20,000 nucleotides of DNA. Origin: an uncultured virus (IMG/VR IMGVR_UViG_3300031992_000075) (taxonomy: Duplodnaviria; Heunggongvirae; Uroviricota; Caudoviricetes). Shown here in pieces: positions 1 to 8,169 of the stretch. Position 1 is the first letter of the stretch. Every line of letters begins with the position of its first letter. The position numbers were made by a program, and so were the translations under genes. Location of the stretch: IMG/VR virus record IMGVR_UViG_3300031992_000075. One strand, 5' to 3'. The notes under the pieces are model-generated. The model ran no database searches and had not been told where the DNA came from. It worked only from the letters and a program-made list of their open reading frames with translations.

Positions 1-3000
1 CATTTCGGCAAAGAGATTACCCATTTCTGGGTTGGCATCCAGTTCTACCGCAAGTTCATATTCCTCTTTTAGCTTGCCAAGTTCATTGTTAAGGCCATCG
101 GTTATCTTTTTATAATCAATCTTTGTAATTTCCACATTAAGGTTGGCAATGGCTTTTTCAAGCGCTTCTACACCCTTTGTGCTTGCACCTGCACCATTTA
201 TCTGCTCCTTGTAGAAATCACGAATGTTTTGCAGCGGCATGTTGGCCAGTTGTTCGGATGAAAGCGTTTTAAATCCGTACTTTTGTAGAATCACGTTGTT
301 TCGGATAATGCTCTTTCCATATTCATCCGTGGCCAGTGTCAATGCCGTTTGTGCATCAACACCCATTTTTTGATAATCCTTGAACCTTTTCTGTATGTCA
401 GTGATGTATTGTATTTCCTTGGCTAGTGCATCACCAAGCAGGTCTTTTTGTTGCTTGTTGCCAGATTTCTTTTCTTTTTCATAGGGTTGGTTAAATAAAT
501 CCAATATAGTTTCGGCTTGTTGGATTTTTATATTGTTATCCCTTATTTGCCTTTTAGAATATTCCGAATCGTCTCTTTCATAATTTTTGTTTTCTTCCCT
601 TGCAGACTTAATGGCCTTTTGTAGCTTATCAACGTAAGATGGAAGCAAATCATTATCACTTGGCAATAAATCGTTCGCGGTAAAGTTTACAATTCCTTTT
701 TCCTTAATACGATTTTGTACCTCTTCTTGAAAATCAGTAAGCTGTTTTACATTAAATTCTACACCAATGCGTACTTTAAGCTGACTAGCATCATTTACCA
801 TTGCCGCTATTGTGTCATAATAGTAAGGCATGGTGGATTTGAAATAGGCTAAGTTGTCTAATACGGCTTTATTTTGAAGACTAGTAAGATTTTCATTGCT
901 TTTAACCCATTCACTTGTTATGTCCGAAAAAGCAGATGAATAATTATTTCTTAGTCGTTCAATAAACATGTTCCATAAAGATTCATTATCATTAACAGCA
1001 CCTTTAGTTAAGAAGCTGATACGCTGGTCTAATGTGACGTCAAACAAAGCTGCAAGTTCACCTTTAATTTCTGGGTTTTTTGCTTTTATTTGTGCCTTTA
1101 CCCGTTCTAGAATTTCCTTTATTTGTAATGGGTCTTTAATGTTGTAAGCATCAAGAAAGTTTTTAATGCTTTGCGCTGTTACCTCTATTTCATCCCTGTA
1201 TTCTTTAAATCCAATTCCAAGGTCGGCATTAACCATGCCTTCTTTTGTGAACATTGACATTTTTCCACCAATGCCACCTAATTCTTCTTTAAAATCTTTA
1301 AGGTCACTGACAAGTCCTTCGCCAAAAGCACCCCAAAGCCAAGAATCCGAAGTTATCTTGATTGTGTCATCGCGCAAATCTTGTAATGCTGCTTGCGATT
1401 TTTGTATCTGTTCAACATAATTAAAACCAACACGAACACGTTCGTTGATGTCATCTATTTGCAATAGTTTGGCAATAAGACTACTGCTTGACATTGCTGA
1501 TTGTTCTATTTGTTCACGAATTGTTTCCCAAGCTTTCTCTCCTTGTTCTGCAGACAACTGGTTTTCTCTTGCAAGTTTAAGCGTCGCTTTGTTTCCTCTA
1601 TTGCTAAGAAATTCCAAGTTTGACCTTGATGCTTCGTCTGCTCCTTTTTTTATTTCTTCGTTTAATTCTGCTACAGCTTTTTTGGCTTGATTTGCTTGTC
1701 CTACTAAATCAAATACAACAGCACCTATTGCAAAAAGCCAATTAAATGGATTAAAGGCGAGTGATTTTAATGTTGAAAACAAACCTCTCATTAATGTCCT
1801 TAATCTTACCACTTGTTTGCTAGTGCTAACAAGGTTTTTGTTTAAAGCGTTCCCTGCTGAAATAGATGCAATTTGAACAACTTTTAACACACCAAAAGAT
1901 AAGACAAGTGACTTAATAATTCTGTCAAGCGTCGACCAATTTTGTAGCAAAAGTTTAAGACCCTTGATTGGTGCAACAAGTAGCCCTTGATTGCTTTTAC
2001 CTACTTCATTAAGCATATTGTTCCATGCTAAAGTAAGGTTGGCCATTTGCACACGCAGTGTTTCAGCCTGCCTAGCTTGGAATTGGAAGAATTTTCCACC
2101 CTCATCGGTCATGCTGTTTAACACGGCCATTACATCGGAATAGGACACCATCTTCTTGCTCATCCTATCATACACCTCTCCAGTTGTAACAATTCTTCCC
2201 TCTAGGTCGCTGTATCTATCTGCCAAGGCCGATACGATAGGCAAGCCAGCATTGGCAAAGTCACGGGCATCACGGGCGGTAAGTACGGTTTGTGCGCGTA
2301 TCTGTCCTAAGTTGTATGTCAAACGCTCCATTGGAACACCCAAGGCAGCTGAAATATCAGCCAATCTTCGTGTTGTATCAACAACTTCTTTGGCCGCAAA
2401 ATTATAAGCAGTAAGTTGCTTTGCTGCACCTGCAAGTTCCATCAGCGTGAATGGTGATTCAATTGCCATTTGGTTTAATTGTTGGAACATCAAAGAACCA
2501 CGTTCAAAAGAATTAACAAGAATGCCTAATGAACGTTCAAGCAATTCGTATTGGCCACGAATCTCGTATATCTGCTTTGTGAAAGATGTAATAGCACCTA
2601 AAGTAAGGGCATAAACAACACGATTACGGATATAGCCAAAGGATTGAGCCAAATAATTGTTAGCATGCGTCTGTTGAATGCTTTGACCCATTAACTTTGC
2701 CTGTTGTTCTTTCAGTTCTCTATATGCTTTGCTTAGAGCATTTACTTGTTCTGTGTTTTTAGGGTCTATTTGTACACGTTTTAATTCACGTAGTTTTCTT
2801 GCCACGGCTTCAATACTAGACTCGTCCATACCCAAAACGTCTTTCAACGTTTTTGGGGATTTTTCTTTTAAGCGAGCAATGGCTCTTTCGGTTCGTGCAA
2901 TAGCAGAATTGACTTTTTCAACTTTCTCGCCAGCAGTTATACCTTGCACGTTCAAGAAATGAGCAAGGTCTTTAAGTCGGTTAAGTTTTCTTTCGGCTTC

Positions 3001-3522
3001 GGCAAGATTGCCAGTATCAATTTTCATTGCTTCGCCATACTTTCGATTAAACATTAAATCGAATTTCTTGGCACTATCACGGGTAACGCTATCAAGCAAG
3101 TCTTTTTGTCGTGCTATTTTGTCATTTTGAGATTGCAATGCAGCATCGGTAAGCTCCATTTCTTTACGCTTACGTTGTTCTGCTTTGATACTTTCTTCCA
3201 AAGCCCCTACGGTATTCGGCGCATAGGCACTACCACCAGCTCCGCCACCAGTAGTACCACCCCTACCAGTTGCCGCAGATTCAGCAGCCACCATAGCATC
3301 AAAAGACTTAGACATCTTTCGCCATGCCTCTTGCATCAAGTCTACGCCAACCTTTTGAGATATGGCGAAGTCTTTCATTGCAAGCTTCATCTTATCCAAC
3401 CCTTGCGTGAATGATTCAGCCATAGTGTCAGTTTTTTTACCAACAAACTTAACCAAATCCTCTATAGTTTTTCTTAACTCTGTGTCTTTAAGACTACCAA
3501 CAATGATAACATCATCTGCCAT
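1..3522 (-). CDS. Tail tape measure protein (3' end truncated at window edge, at least 1174 codons)
   Basis: Translated by hand from ATG at 3522 (MADDVIIVGSLKDTELRK...) and open to position 1. Contains a tape-measure N-terminal domain motif (SPFTLMELAGAAKQLTAYNFAAKEVVDTTRRLADISAALGVPMERLTYNLGQIRAQ...DARDFANAGLPI), helical coiled-coil stretches and hydrophobic segments (~1700-1920). Lies directly after the chaperone pair. Confidence 0.95.
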   Translation of the reverse strand, partial: MADDVIIVGSLKDTELRKTIEDLVKFVGKKTDTMAESFTQGLDKMKLAMKDFAISQKVGVDLMQEAWRKMSKSFDAMVAAESAATGRGGTTGGGAGGSAYAPNTVGALEESIKAEQRKRKEMELTDAALQSQNDKIARQKDLLDSVTRDSAKKFDLMFNRKYGEAMKIDTGNLAEAERKLNRLKDLAHFLNVQGITAGEKVEKVNSAIARTERAIARLKEKSPKTLKDVLGMDESSIEAVARKLRELKRVQIDPKNTEQVNALSKAYRELKEQQAKLMGQSIQQTHANNYLAQSFGYIRNRVVYALTLGAITSFTKQIYEIRGQYELLERSLGILVNSFERGSLMFQQLNQMAIESPFTLMELAGAAKQLTAYNFAAKEVVDTTRRLADISAALGVPMERLTYNLGQIRAQTVLTARDARDFANAGLPIVSALADRYSDLEGRIVTTGEVYDRMSKKMVSYSDVMAVLNSMTDEGGKFFQFQARQAETLRVQMANLTLAWNNMLNEVGKSNQGLLVAPIKGLKLLLQNWSTLDRIIKSLVLSFGVLKVVQIASISAGNALNKNLVSTSKQVVRLRTLMRGLFSTLKSLAFNPFNWLFAIGAVVFDLVGQANQAKKAVAELNEEIKKGADEASRSNLEFLSNRGNKATLKLARENQLSAEQGEKAWETIREQIEQSAMSSSSLIAKLLQIDDINERVRVGFNYVEQIQKSQAALQDLRDDTIKITSDSWLWGAFGEGLVSDLKDFKEELGGIGGKMSMFTKEGMVNADLGIGFKEYRDEIEVTAQSIKNFLDAYNIKDPLQIKEILERVKAQIKAKNPEIKGELAALFDVTLDQRISFLTKGAVNDNESLWNMFIERLRNNYSSAFSDITSEWVKSNENLTSLQNKAVLDNLAYFKSTMPYYYDTIAAMVNDASQLKVRIGVEFNVKQLTDFQEEVQNRIKEKGIVNFTANDLLPSDNDLLPSYVDKLQKAIKSAREENKNYERDDSEYSKRQIRDNNIKIQQAETILDLFNQPYEKEKKSGNKQQKDLLGDALAKEIQYITDIQKRFKDYQKMGVDAQTALTLATDEYGKSIIRNNVILQKYGFKTLSSEQLANMPLQNIRDFYKEQINGAGASTKGVEALEKAIANLNVEITKIDYKKITDGLNNELGKLKEEYELAVELDANPEMGNLFAEM

Positions 3523-3555
3523 ATCTTTTTGTAGTGTATTTATATGTTGAACAAC

Positions 3556-3939
3556 TTATTTCTTTTGCTTCTTTTTCTTTTCCTGACGAACAGGTATTTC
3601 TATTTCCTCACCCATTTTTAGATTTTTGTTTGCGCCTAATCCAGACATAAACGATTCCAACTTTTGATTAGCCTCATAAGCCTCTTTGTAACCATTCCAA
3701 ACTTTCTTGTCTACGCCTTTTAGGTATTTCGTATGCGTGTTATCTACAGCTAAAAACTGAATTTGGGCAATGGATAATCTATATAGATAATCATCTAGGT
3801 TGTACTGGGTGAAAACCTTTAGGAAGTCGCTTGCGTCTGCAATGATTGTGCTTCCGTAAATAGTGATGCTGTCTCCTCCGATTTCTTCTTCCGCATCAGC
3901 AGAGAATCGGAAAGCGTACTCACCGATTTTTTGAGTAAA
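3556..3939 (-). CDS. Tail assembly chaperone gpT-like segment, probably expressed as a G-T fusion by -1 frameshift (~283 aa fusion)
   Basis: Open -1 frame overlapping the upstream chaperone ORF, with no convincing start of its own. Entered at the T9 slippery run and ends just before the tape measure start. Sequence ...GGDSITIYGSTIIADASDFLKVFTQYNLDDYLYRLSIAQIQFLAVD... Confidence 0.8.
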   Translation of the reverse strand, partial: FTQKIGEYAFRFSADAEEEIGGDSITIYGSTIIADASDFLKVFTQYNLDDYLYRLSIAQIQFLAVDNTHTKYLKGVDKKVWNGYKEAYEANQKLESFMSGLGANKNLKMGEEIEIPVRQEKKKKQKK

Positions 3940-4406
3940 AAAAAACCAGACAGGTCTATGGACTTGATAGCACCAAGGATAATAGCTGCCCATTGGTTTG
4001 TGTCAAAGGTGCTATTCATAACCTTTGCTTTCATAATGGAAATCATCTTGTCATTCCGTGACATAACACTATCCACATCATCGTATGTGTGTATGTCATC
4101 TGGTGTGAACCTATGGTTGCATAAGACAATGGCCATTATTTCACACATCGCATCCAAATCGGTACACAAGGCCATTAAAATCTTATTGTCCGTGTCCAAG
4201 GATTCATCCATCTTGCGCATTTCCATGACAAGCCTACAGATTCGGTATAAAGCATAATAACGCATGTTCTTAACAGCGTATTCTTTGTTGCCTATCTTTA
4301 CCAGTGATGGGGAATCGCTAATGATGTCAAGAATATCTCGCTTTACATCTACCGAAAAATCCTCTAGTTCGTTACTTATCTTATCTTTGGTGTCTTTTTT
4401 TGCCAT
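3819..4406 (-). CDS. Tail assembly chaperone gpG-like (195 aa from MAKKDTKD; alternative ATG at 4412)
   Basis: Sits between the major tail protein and tape measure genes; helical; internal slippery site GGT TTT TTT TTA. The TTG start at 4436 in the ORF track falls inside the terminator U-tract and is unlikely. Confidence 0.82.
   Translation of the reverse strand: MAKKDTKDKISNELEDFSVDVKRDILDIISDSPSLVKIGNKEYAVKNMRYYALYRICRLVMEMRKMDESLDTDNKILMALCTDLDAMCEIMAIVLCNHRFTPDDIHTYDDVDSVMSRNDKMISIMKAKVMNSTFDTNQWAAIILGAIKSIDLSGFFLLKKSVSTLSDSLLMRKKKSEETASLFTEAQSLQTQATS
3905..3945 (-). other. Programmed -1 ribosomal frameshift signal: slippery heptamer plus 3' stem-loop
   Basis: On the - strand: T TTT TTA (3942-3936) within a T9 run (3945-3937), spacer CTCAAAA (7 nt), then hairpin AATCGG-TGAG-TACG-CTTT-CCGATT (3928-3905). 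Confidence 0.8.
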
Positions 4407-4434
4407 AGCCATCCATAACATTTGATTTGTGAAC

Positions 4435-4474
4435 AAAAAGGGCGTTTACAGGGCTTACCCCTATAAAACGCCCC
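4435..4474 (-). terminator. Rho-independent terminator downstream of the major tail protein gene
   Basis: - strand GGGCGTTT-T-ATAGGG-GTAAG-CCCTGT-AAACGCCC followed by TTTTTGTT: GC-rich stem with a U-tract, ~45 nt after the stop codon at 4519. Confidence 0.85.
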
Positions 4475-4518
4475 TACGTTCAACTATTATGACAGAATCC
4501 TTGTAAGTGTTCTATCTT

Positions 4519-5031
4519 TTACTCGCCCATGTCGCCCACAATCTTGTACATGTGGTCGTGCTGCTGGGAATCGGTGTAAACCAGTGCGGTAATAGTCACG
4601 CTGTAGTTAAGAGCGCCATCAGCATCCTTTTTCAAAGTACCAATGGTAAGACCCTTGTAGATAACCAGTGAGCCAAAGCCACGTCCAAAATCCAGCTTCC
4701 ATTCCTTTTCGGAAGTGTGAGCCGCAGCAGCGCCCTCGTACACCTCCGCCGTAGTGCTTGTTCCTGCGGTGTAAGTACCACCGAAGATGGGAGAAAGTTC
4801 GGACAGGTCATAGTTGGCCAGTTCAAACGTCATCGTAACTGGGTTGCCTTGGTAGAAGATGTCAAACGGGGCATCATAGAATTCGGCTTCAATCTCTGTT
4901 GAATCGGGTTCGTCCTGTGCAATGGTAAGACCACGCAGAACGCCCATAAACCTAGTGTATTCAACATTGTCAGCTGAACCAACGGCACGATAGCCCAAAC
5001 CAATAGGCTTCAAAGTTGTTTTCTTTGCCAT
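4519..5031 (-). CDS. Major tail (tube) protein, 170 aa
   Basis: Beta-rich tube-like sequence (GLTIAQDEPDSTEIEAEFYDAP, VTMTFELAN, YSVTITAL); between the tail terminator and chaperone genes; GC-richer codon usage like the capsid gene; followed by a terminator. Confidence 0.85.
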   Translation of the reverse strand: MAKKTTLKPIGLGYRAVGSADNVEYTRFMGVLRGLTIAQDEPDSTEIEAEFYDAPFDIFYQGNPVTMTFELANYDLSELSPIFGGTYTAGTSTTAEVYEGAAAAHTSEKEWKLDFGRGFGSLVIYKGLTIGTLKKDADGALNYSVTITALVYTDSQQHDHMYKIVGDMGE

Positions 5032-5038
5032 AACTTAT

Positions 5039-5046
5039 TCCTTTCT
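5039..5046 (-). promoter_or_regulatory. Shine-Dalgarno-like AGAAAGGA, 7 nt upstream of the major tail protein ATG
   Basis: - strand AATTAAAAGAAAGGAATAAGTT-ATG. Confidence 0.65.
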
Positions 5047-5077
5047 TTTAATTGTTTATTTTTTTTACTATATACTT

Positions 5078-5524
5078 TTATTGTTCCAGTTCGCCATCCA
5101 TAATCACCAAAAATGATTTAATGTAGACGTGATATTGGTTTCCTTGTTGTGTGGTTTCTACCGTGTCTATAGAAAGAACATCGTCACCACTGATATAATA
5201 CGCTTGGCTAGTTTCATTGTGTATTGCATTGTTCACAACTTCATTTATGGACGTCTCAAAAGCCTTGTACAAGGTTTTGTTCAGTCGCCCTTTTGTTCTT
5301 TGTGGCACAAATGCGGTAATGGTGCATCGAACAGAGCCAAAAGCATCAAAGTCAAACTCCGAATTATTGTTCATGTTGCCAACATTTAACACCACGAATC
5401 CATCCTTTGTGTCGGAATCGGTTGTTTCCGTAGGCTCACCCATTCGGTAAACATTCTTGGTTACAACATCATACACAAGGTTGTAAAGATAGTCGTATAT
5501 GTCAATTCTTGACTCGTTGAACAT
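5078..5524 (-). CDS. Putative tail terminator/completion protein, 148 aa
   Basis: Size, acidic alpha/beta pattern and position immediately upstream of the major tail protein gene. Confidence 0.65.
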   Translation of the reverse strand: MFNESRIDIYDYLYNLVYDVVTKNVYRMGEPTETTDSDTKDGFVVLNVGNMNNNSEFDFDAFGSVRCTITAFVPQRTKGRLNKTLYKAFETSINEVVNNAIHNETSQAYYISGDDVLSIDTVETTQQGNQYHVYIKSFLVIMDGELEQ

Positions 5525-5549
5525 CGTCGTTGTTTCTTTTGTTTTCTTT

Positions 5550-6071
5550 TTAATACTTCGGCTGGTTTACATGGAATGTAACATGACACAATGGTGTAAG
5601 CGTGCGTTTGATTTCATCATAACGTTGTGACATCACATTGAACTGATACCTCTTTCCATGAAACGTAAATCCACCCTCTAGGTATGCGCCATAAGGTGCA
5701 ACTGCTGCAAACACTATTTCCCATCCTTTTGTTTCGGCGGGTTGGTATTCGTTGACAAACTTTTGTGCTAACGCACGTCCATTTACATCAACACTAATAT
5801 CGGGGCTATATTCGTGTAACACAGAATTAACACTTGCAGATTTTTTTCCATAATAGCCAGAACCTTTTTTCTTTCCATTACAGAATACTACCCATACATA
5901 GGAATCAATCAAGTTGTAAGTCCTGTTAGAAAACTCCCCAGTTGTAGCAATTCTAACAATTTCCTGCTTGGCATATTCAACAAGCCTCTTTGTTTGTTCA
6001 TCGGCAACGTAGTTATACATTTGCCGTTCAAGAGCCTTTTTGTTAAATTGCACACGCGTCCTTGTTGCCAT
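5550..6071 (-). CDS. Putative neck/tail completion protein (HK97 gp10-like), 173 aa
   Basis: Motifs NRTYNLIDSY and AVAPYGAYLEGG resemble the gp10-like 'TGNLR.S' and 'YA.YVE.G' patterns; expected position in the neck module. Confidence 0.7.
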   Translation of the reverse strand: MATRTRVQFNKKALERQMYNYVADEQTKRLVEYAKQEIVRIATTGEFSNRTYNLIDSYVWVVFCNGKKKGSGYYGKKSASVNSVLHEYSPDISVDVNGRALAQKFVNEYQPAETKGWEIVFAAVAPYGAYLEGGFTFHGKRYQFNVMSQRYDEIKRTLTPLCHVTFHVNQPKY

Positions 6072-6075
6072 ATCA

Positions 6076-6411
6076 CTACCAAGCTTTTCGTGTCGAATGA
6101 ATGCTTATGCCACCGATTTGTGATGGTTCTGCATTGTCAACAACAAATTCCAACATTTCACCATATCGTGTGAGAACAATTGAATCACCTTTGCGCGGAA
6201 CTATATATTCATCGTTTTCATCCTTTGTTAGAGGAATGGAAATAATGTAGTCGGCTGTCTGTAATGTCCTGCCCTCATTGTCCGTTACAAGGTGTTCATC
6301 CATAACACCATCATAGACAACAATTTCAGTATCATCATTGTCACCCGTTCCATCTATAATGCGCTTAATAACGCCTATATATGGATATTCTAATATTTCA
6401 TTCCTTATCAT
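6076..6411 (-). CDS. Putative head closure (stopper) protein, 111 aa
   Basis: ATG at 6411 (MIRNEILEYPY) overlaps the end of the upstream gene; small beta-rich protein (PRKGDSIVL) following the adaptor. Confidence 0.65.
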   Translation of the reverse strand: MIRNEILEYPYIGVIKRIIDGTGDNDDTEIVVYDGVMDEHLVTDNEGRTLQTADYIISIPLTKDENDEYIVPRKGDSIVLTRYGEMLEFVVDNAEPSQIGGISIHSTRKAW

Positions 6412-6802
6412 TTGCAGGTAGTGAATCAACGTCCTCGATGGGAATAAACTTTATCTTTCGCCTAGCGTTTTCAAGAATACCAGCACGTTCATCTTCATAT
6501 AGTGTGTATATTCGAATAGCGTACTTAATCTTTTCATCTTGGTAAAAGTCCTGCTCTTGGCCTATCGTTTTTTGATAGCCATTGTGTGACTGTGATAACG
6601 ATGCGGTATTTGAAGGACTAAGCAACACGGCGGTAAATATGATGTCAGCCGTCATAAGTTCTTTTTGTCGCTTTGTAACAACTGCCTCATTGTACGCGTC
6701 ATCCGTAGGGTTGCAACCACGGTCAAGTGCTATCTTGACAAGATTGCTCTCGTCAAATCTCGAATACGTGGTTGATGCTTTAAGCCATTCTAAAACCGTC
6801 AT
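6398..6802 (-). CDS. Putative head-tail adaptor/connector protein, 134 aa
   Basis: First gene after the major capsid gene; helical N-terminus (IALDRG), beta hairpin (SLSQSHNGYQKTIG) and C-terminal helix, as in SPP1 gp15/HK97 gp6-type adaptors. Confidence 0.7.
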   Translation of the reverse strand: MTVLEWLKASTTYSRFDESNLVKIALDRGCNPTDDAYNEAVVTKRQKELMTADIIFTAVLLSPSNTASLSQSHNGYQKTIGQEQDFYQDEKIKYAIRIYTLYEDERAGILENARRKIKFIPIEDVDSLPANDKE

Positions 6803-6856
6803 CGCTATCTCAATCTTTTACTTGTTTCGCATTCCTAAAACCAATCAAAATAGATA

Positions 6857-8134
6857 TTAGTCAGCCGTGGTGGTGTCAACACAAACGTGATACTGCGATT
6901 CATCCAGCACCGTTGCATAACGACCAAGAACGTCCGTGTGGTAAGATTTCAGCATGCCATTAGGCACAACCTTGTTGATGACATTGAGGAATCCTTGAAC
7001 CTTGGCCAAAGAGAACTGAATGCCATTGTTAACCTCACCACTTTGCATAAGTTCCACATCAGCCACCTTTGCATGCACGAGAACACCAGCAAAGCCAAGA
7101 GGACGAAGAACGGCCACACCAGCTTTCCATCCCTTAACGGTGGTGTAAGTGGTGATTCCCTGCACGGTCTGTTGCTCACGCACAATACGAATGGGCGAAA
7201 TCTTGGAAATGGGCGAACGGCTATAAGCCATCAGCTGCTCGTAGGTGATGGAATTAACCGAAGTCTGCGACTGGCCATTTTGTACGATAATCACCTTGTC
7301 GGGAGCATAAAGGGCAATATAACGATTGACCTCTGCAATGAAAGCTGCATTCTTCAACAGAACGTTAACCACCATATCCCAAGGCAAATCCCACTCAAAC
7401 GGAGTTCCATCGGGAATGTAGTTGGCCATCTTGAAGTCCTGCTCAATCTTGCGCATTTGCTCGGGAATGTCAGCCGTAGCATCAGTCCAAACCTTTGCAC
7501 CTGCGGTCTTGTAGTTTGCAAGTGGAATGTAGGCCGATTGGTTAGCAACAACACCACTAAAGCCCTGTGTAGTGGTAGTACCACCAGCAACATTGGTGAC
7601 ATTAATAGTGTTTCCATATTCGCCACCACGGGAAAGCGTTTGTGCAGCCATGTGCGACACACGCAGGTTGTGGGTCTTTATCAAGTCAGCAACGCCACGA
7701 ACAAAGCCAATGACGAGGTTTTGGTCAGCACCAAGTTCGCGCAGACGTGCTTGGAGTTCCAACTTTGACATAGAAGTCTCGAACAATCCTTTACCGTACT
7801 GGTAGATAGAACCAGTCTTCTCGGTTGAACCCTCGGCTTCAAGCTGCATGGTTTCCGAAAGCGGAGCCATTGCGTCAGCCATAGGAACACTACGCTTAAT
7901 GGTTTGACGAACAGTCCATGCGGGATTCTTCTTCAAATCATTGCGGTCAATGTCATATTCATTACCCTCTACGCGGAAATGCTCTTGCCAGAAGAAAGCG
8001 TTCTCTTCGATTTCGATGGTGTTATCAATCAGTGACTGCAAAAAGCCAACATTAGCACCATCCATAAAGCCACGCTGATACAGCTTCTCAATGGCCTCAT
8101 CGGGTGTAAAGTGAAATTTCAGTGCATTTGCCAT
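6857..8134 (-). CDS. Major capsid protein (HK97 fold, probably lambda gpE-like), 425 aa
   Basis: Size and position after scaffold and decoration genes; biased, GC-richer codon usage; motifs PMADAMAPLSET, MAAQTLSRG and KVWTDATADIPEQM typical of gpE-like capsids. Confidence 0.88.
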   Translation of the reverse strand: MANALKFHFTPDEAIEKLYQRGFMDGANVGFLQSLIDNTIEIEENAFFWQEHFRVEGNEYDIDRNDLKKNPAWTVRQTIKRSVPMADAMAPLSETMQLEAEGSTEKTGSIYQYGKGLFETSMSKLELQARLRELGADQNLVIGFVRGVADLIKTHNLRVSHMAAQTLSRGGEYGNTINVTNVAGGTTTTQGFSGVVANQSAYIPLANYKTAGAKVWTDATADIPEQMRKIEQDFKMANYIPDGTPFEWDLPWDMVVNVLLKNAAFIAEVNRYIALYAPDKVIIVQNGQSQTSVNSITYEQLMAYSRSPISKISPIRIVREQQTVQGITTYTTVKGWKAGVAVLRPLGFAGVLVHAKVADVELMQSGEVNNGIQFSLAKVQGFLNVINKVVPNGMLKSYHTDVLGRYATVLDESQYHVCVDTTTAD

Positions 8135-8142
8135 ATCTTGTT

Positions 8143-8150
8143 TCCTTTCT
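8143..8150 (-). promoter_or_regulatory. Shine-Dalgarno-like AGAAAGGA, 8 nt upstream of the major capsid ATG
   Basis: - strand AATTAAAGAAAGGAAACAAGAT-ATG. Confidence 0.65.
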
Positions 8151-8169
8151 TTAATTTAGTGTTTGTGAA

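Noticed and set aside
637..675. Tandem peptide repeat NDLLPS-D-NDLLPS in the tape measure protein
   Set aside because: Only two copies, diverged at the DNA level; too small to indicate a repeat system.
1166..3550. Several short + strand ORFs in the ORF track
   Set aside because: All are antisense shadows of the tape measure gene, which the track missed because it has no stop codon inside the window.
3940..3993. Independent start for the 145-aa ORF at 3993 (MGSYYPWC...)
   Set aside because: No leader signal and an implausible N-terminus upstream of the slippery site; better explained as the -1 frame of the chaperone.
6887..7768. 293-aa + strand ORF antisense to the major capsid gene
   Set aside because: Lies wholly opposite a strongly codon-biased gene, which tends to leave antisense frames open; no recognisable motifs or leader.
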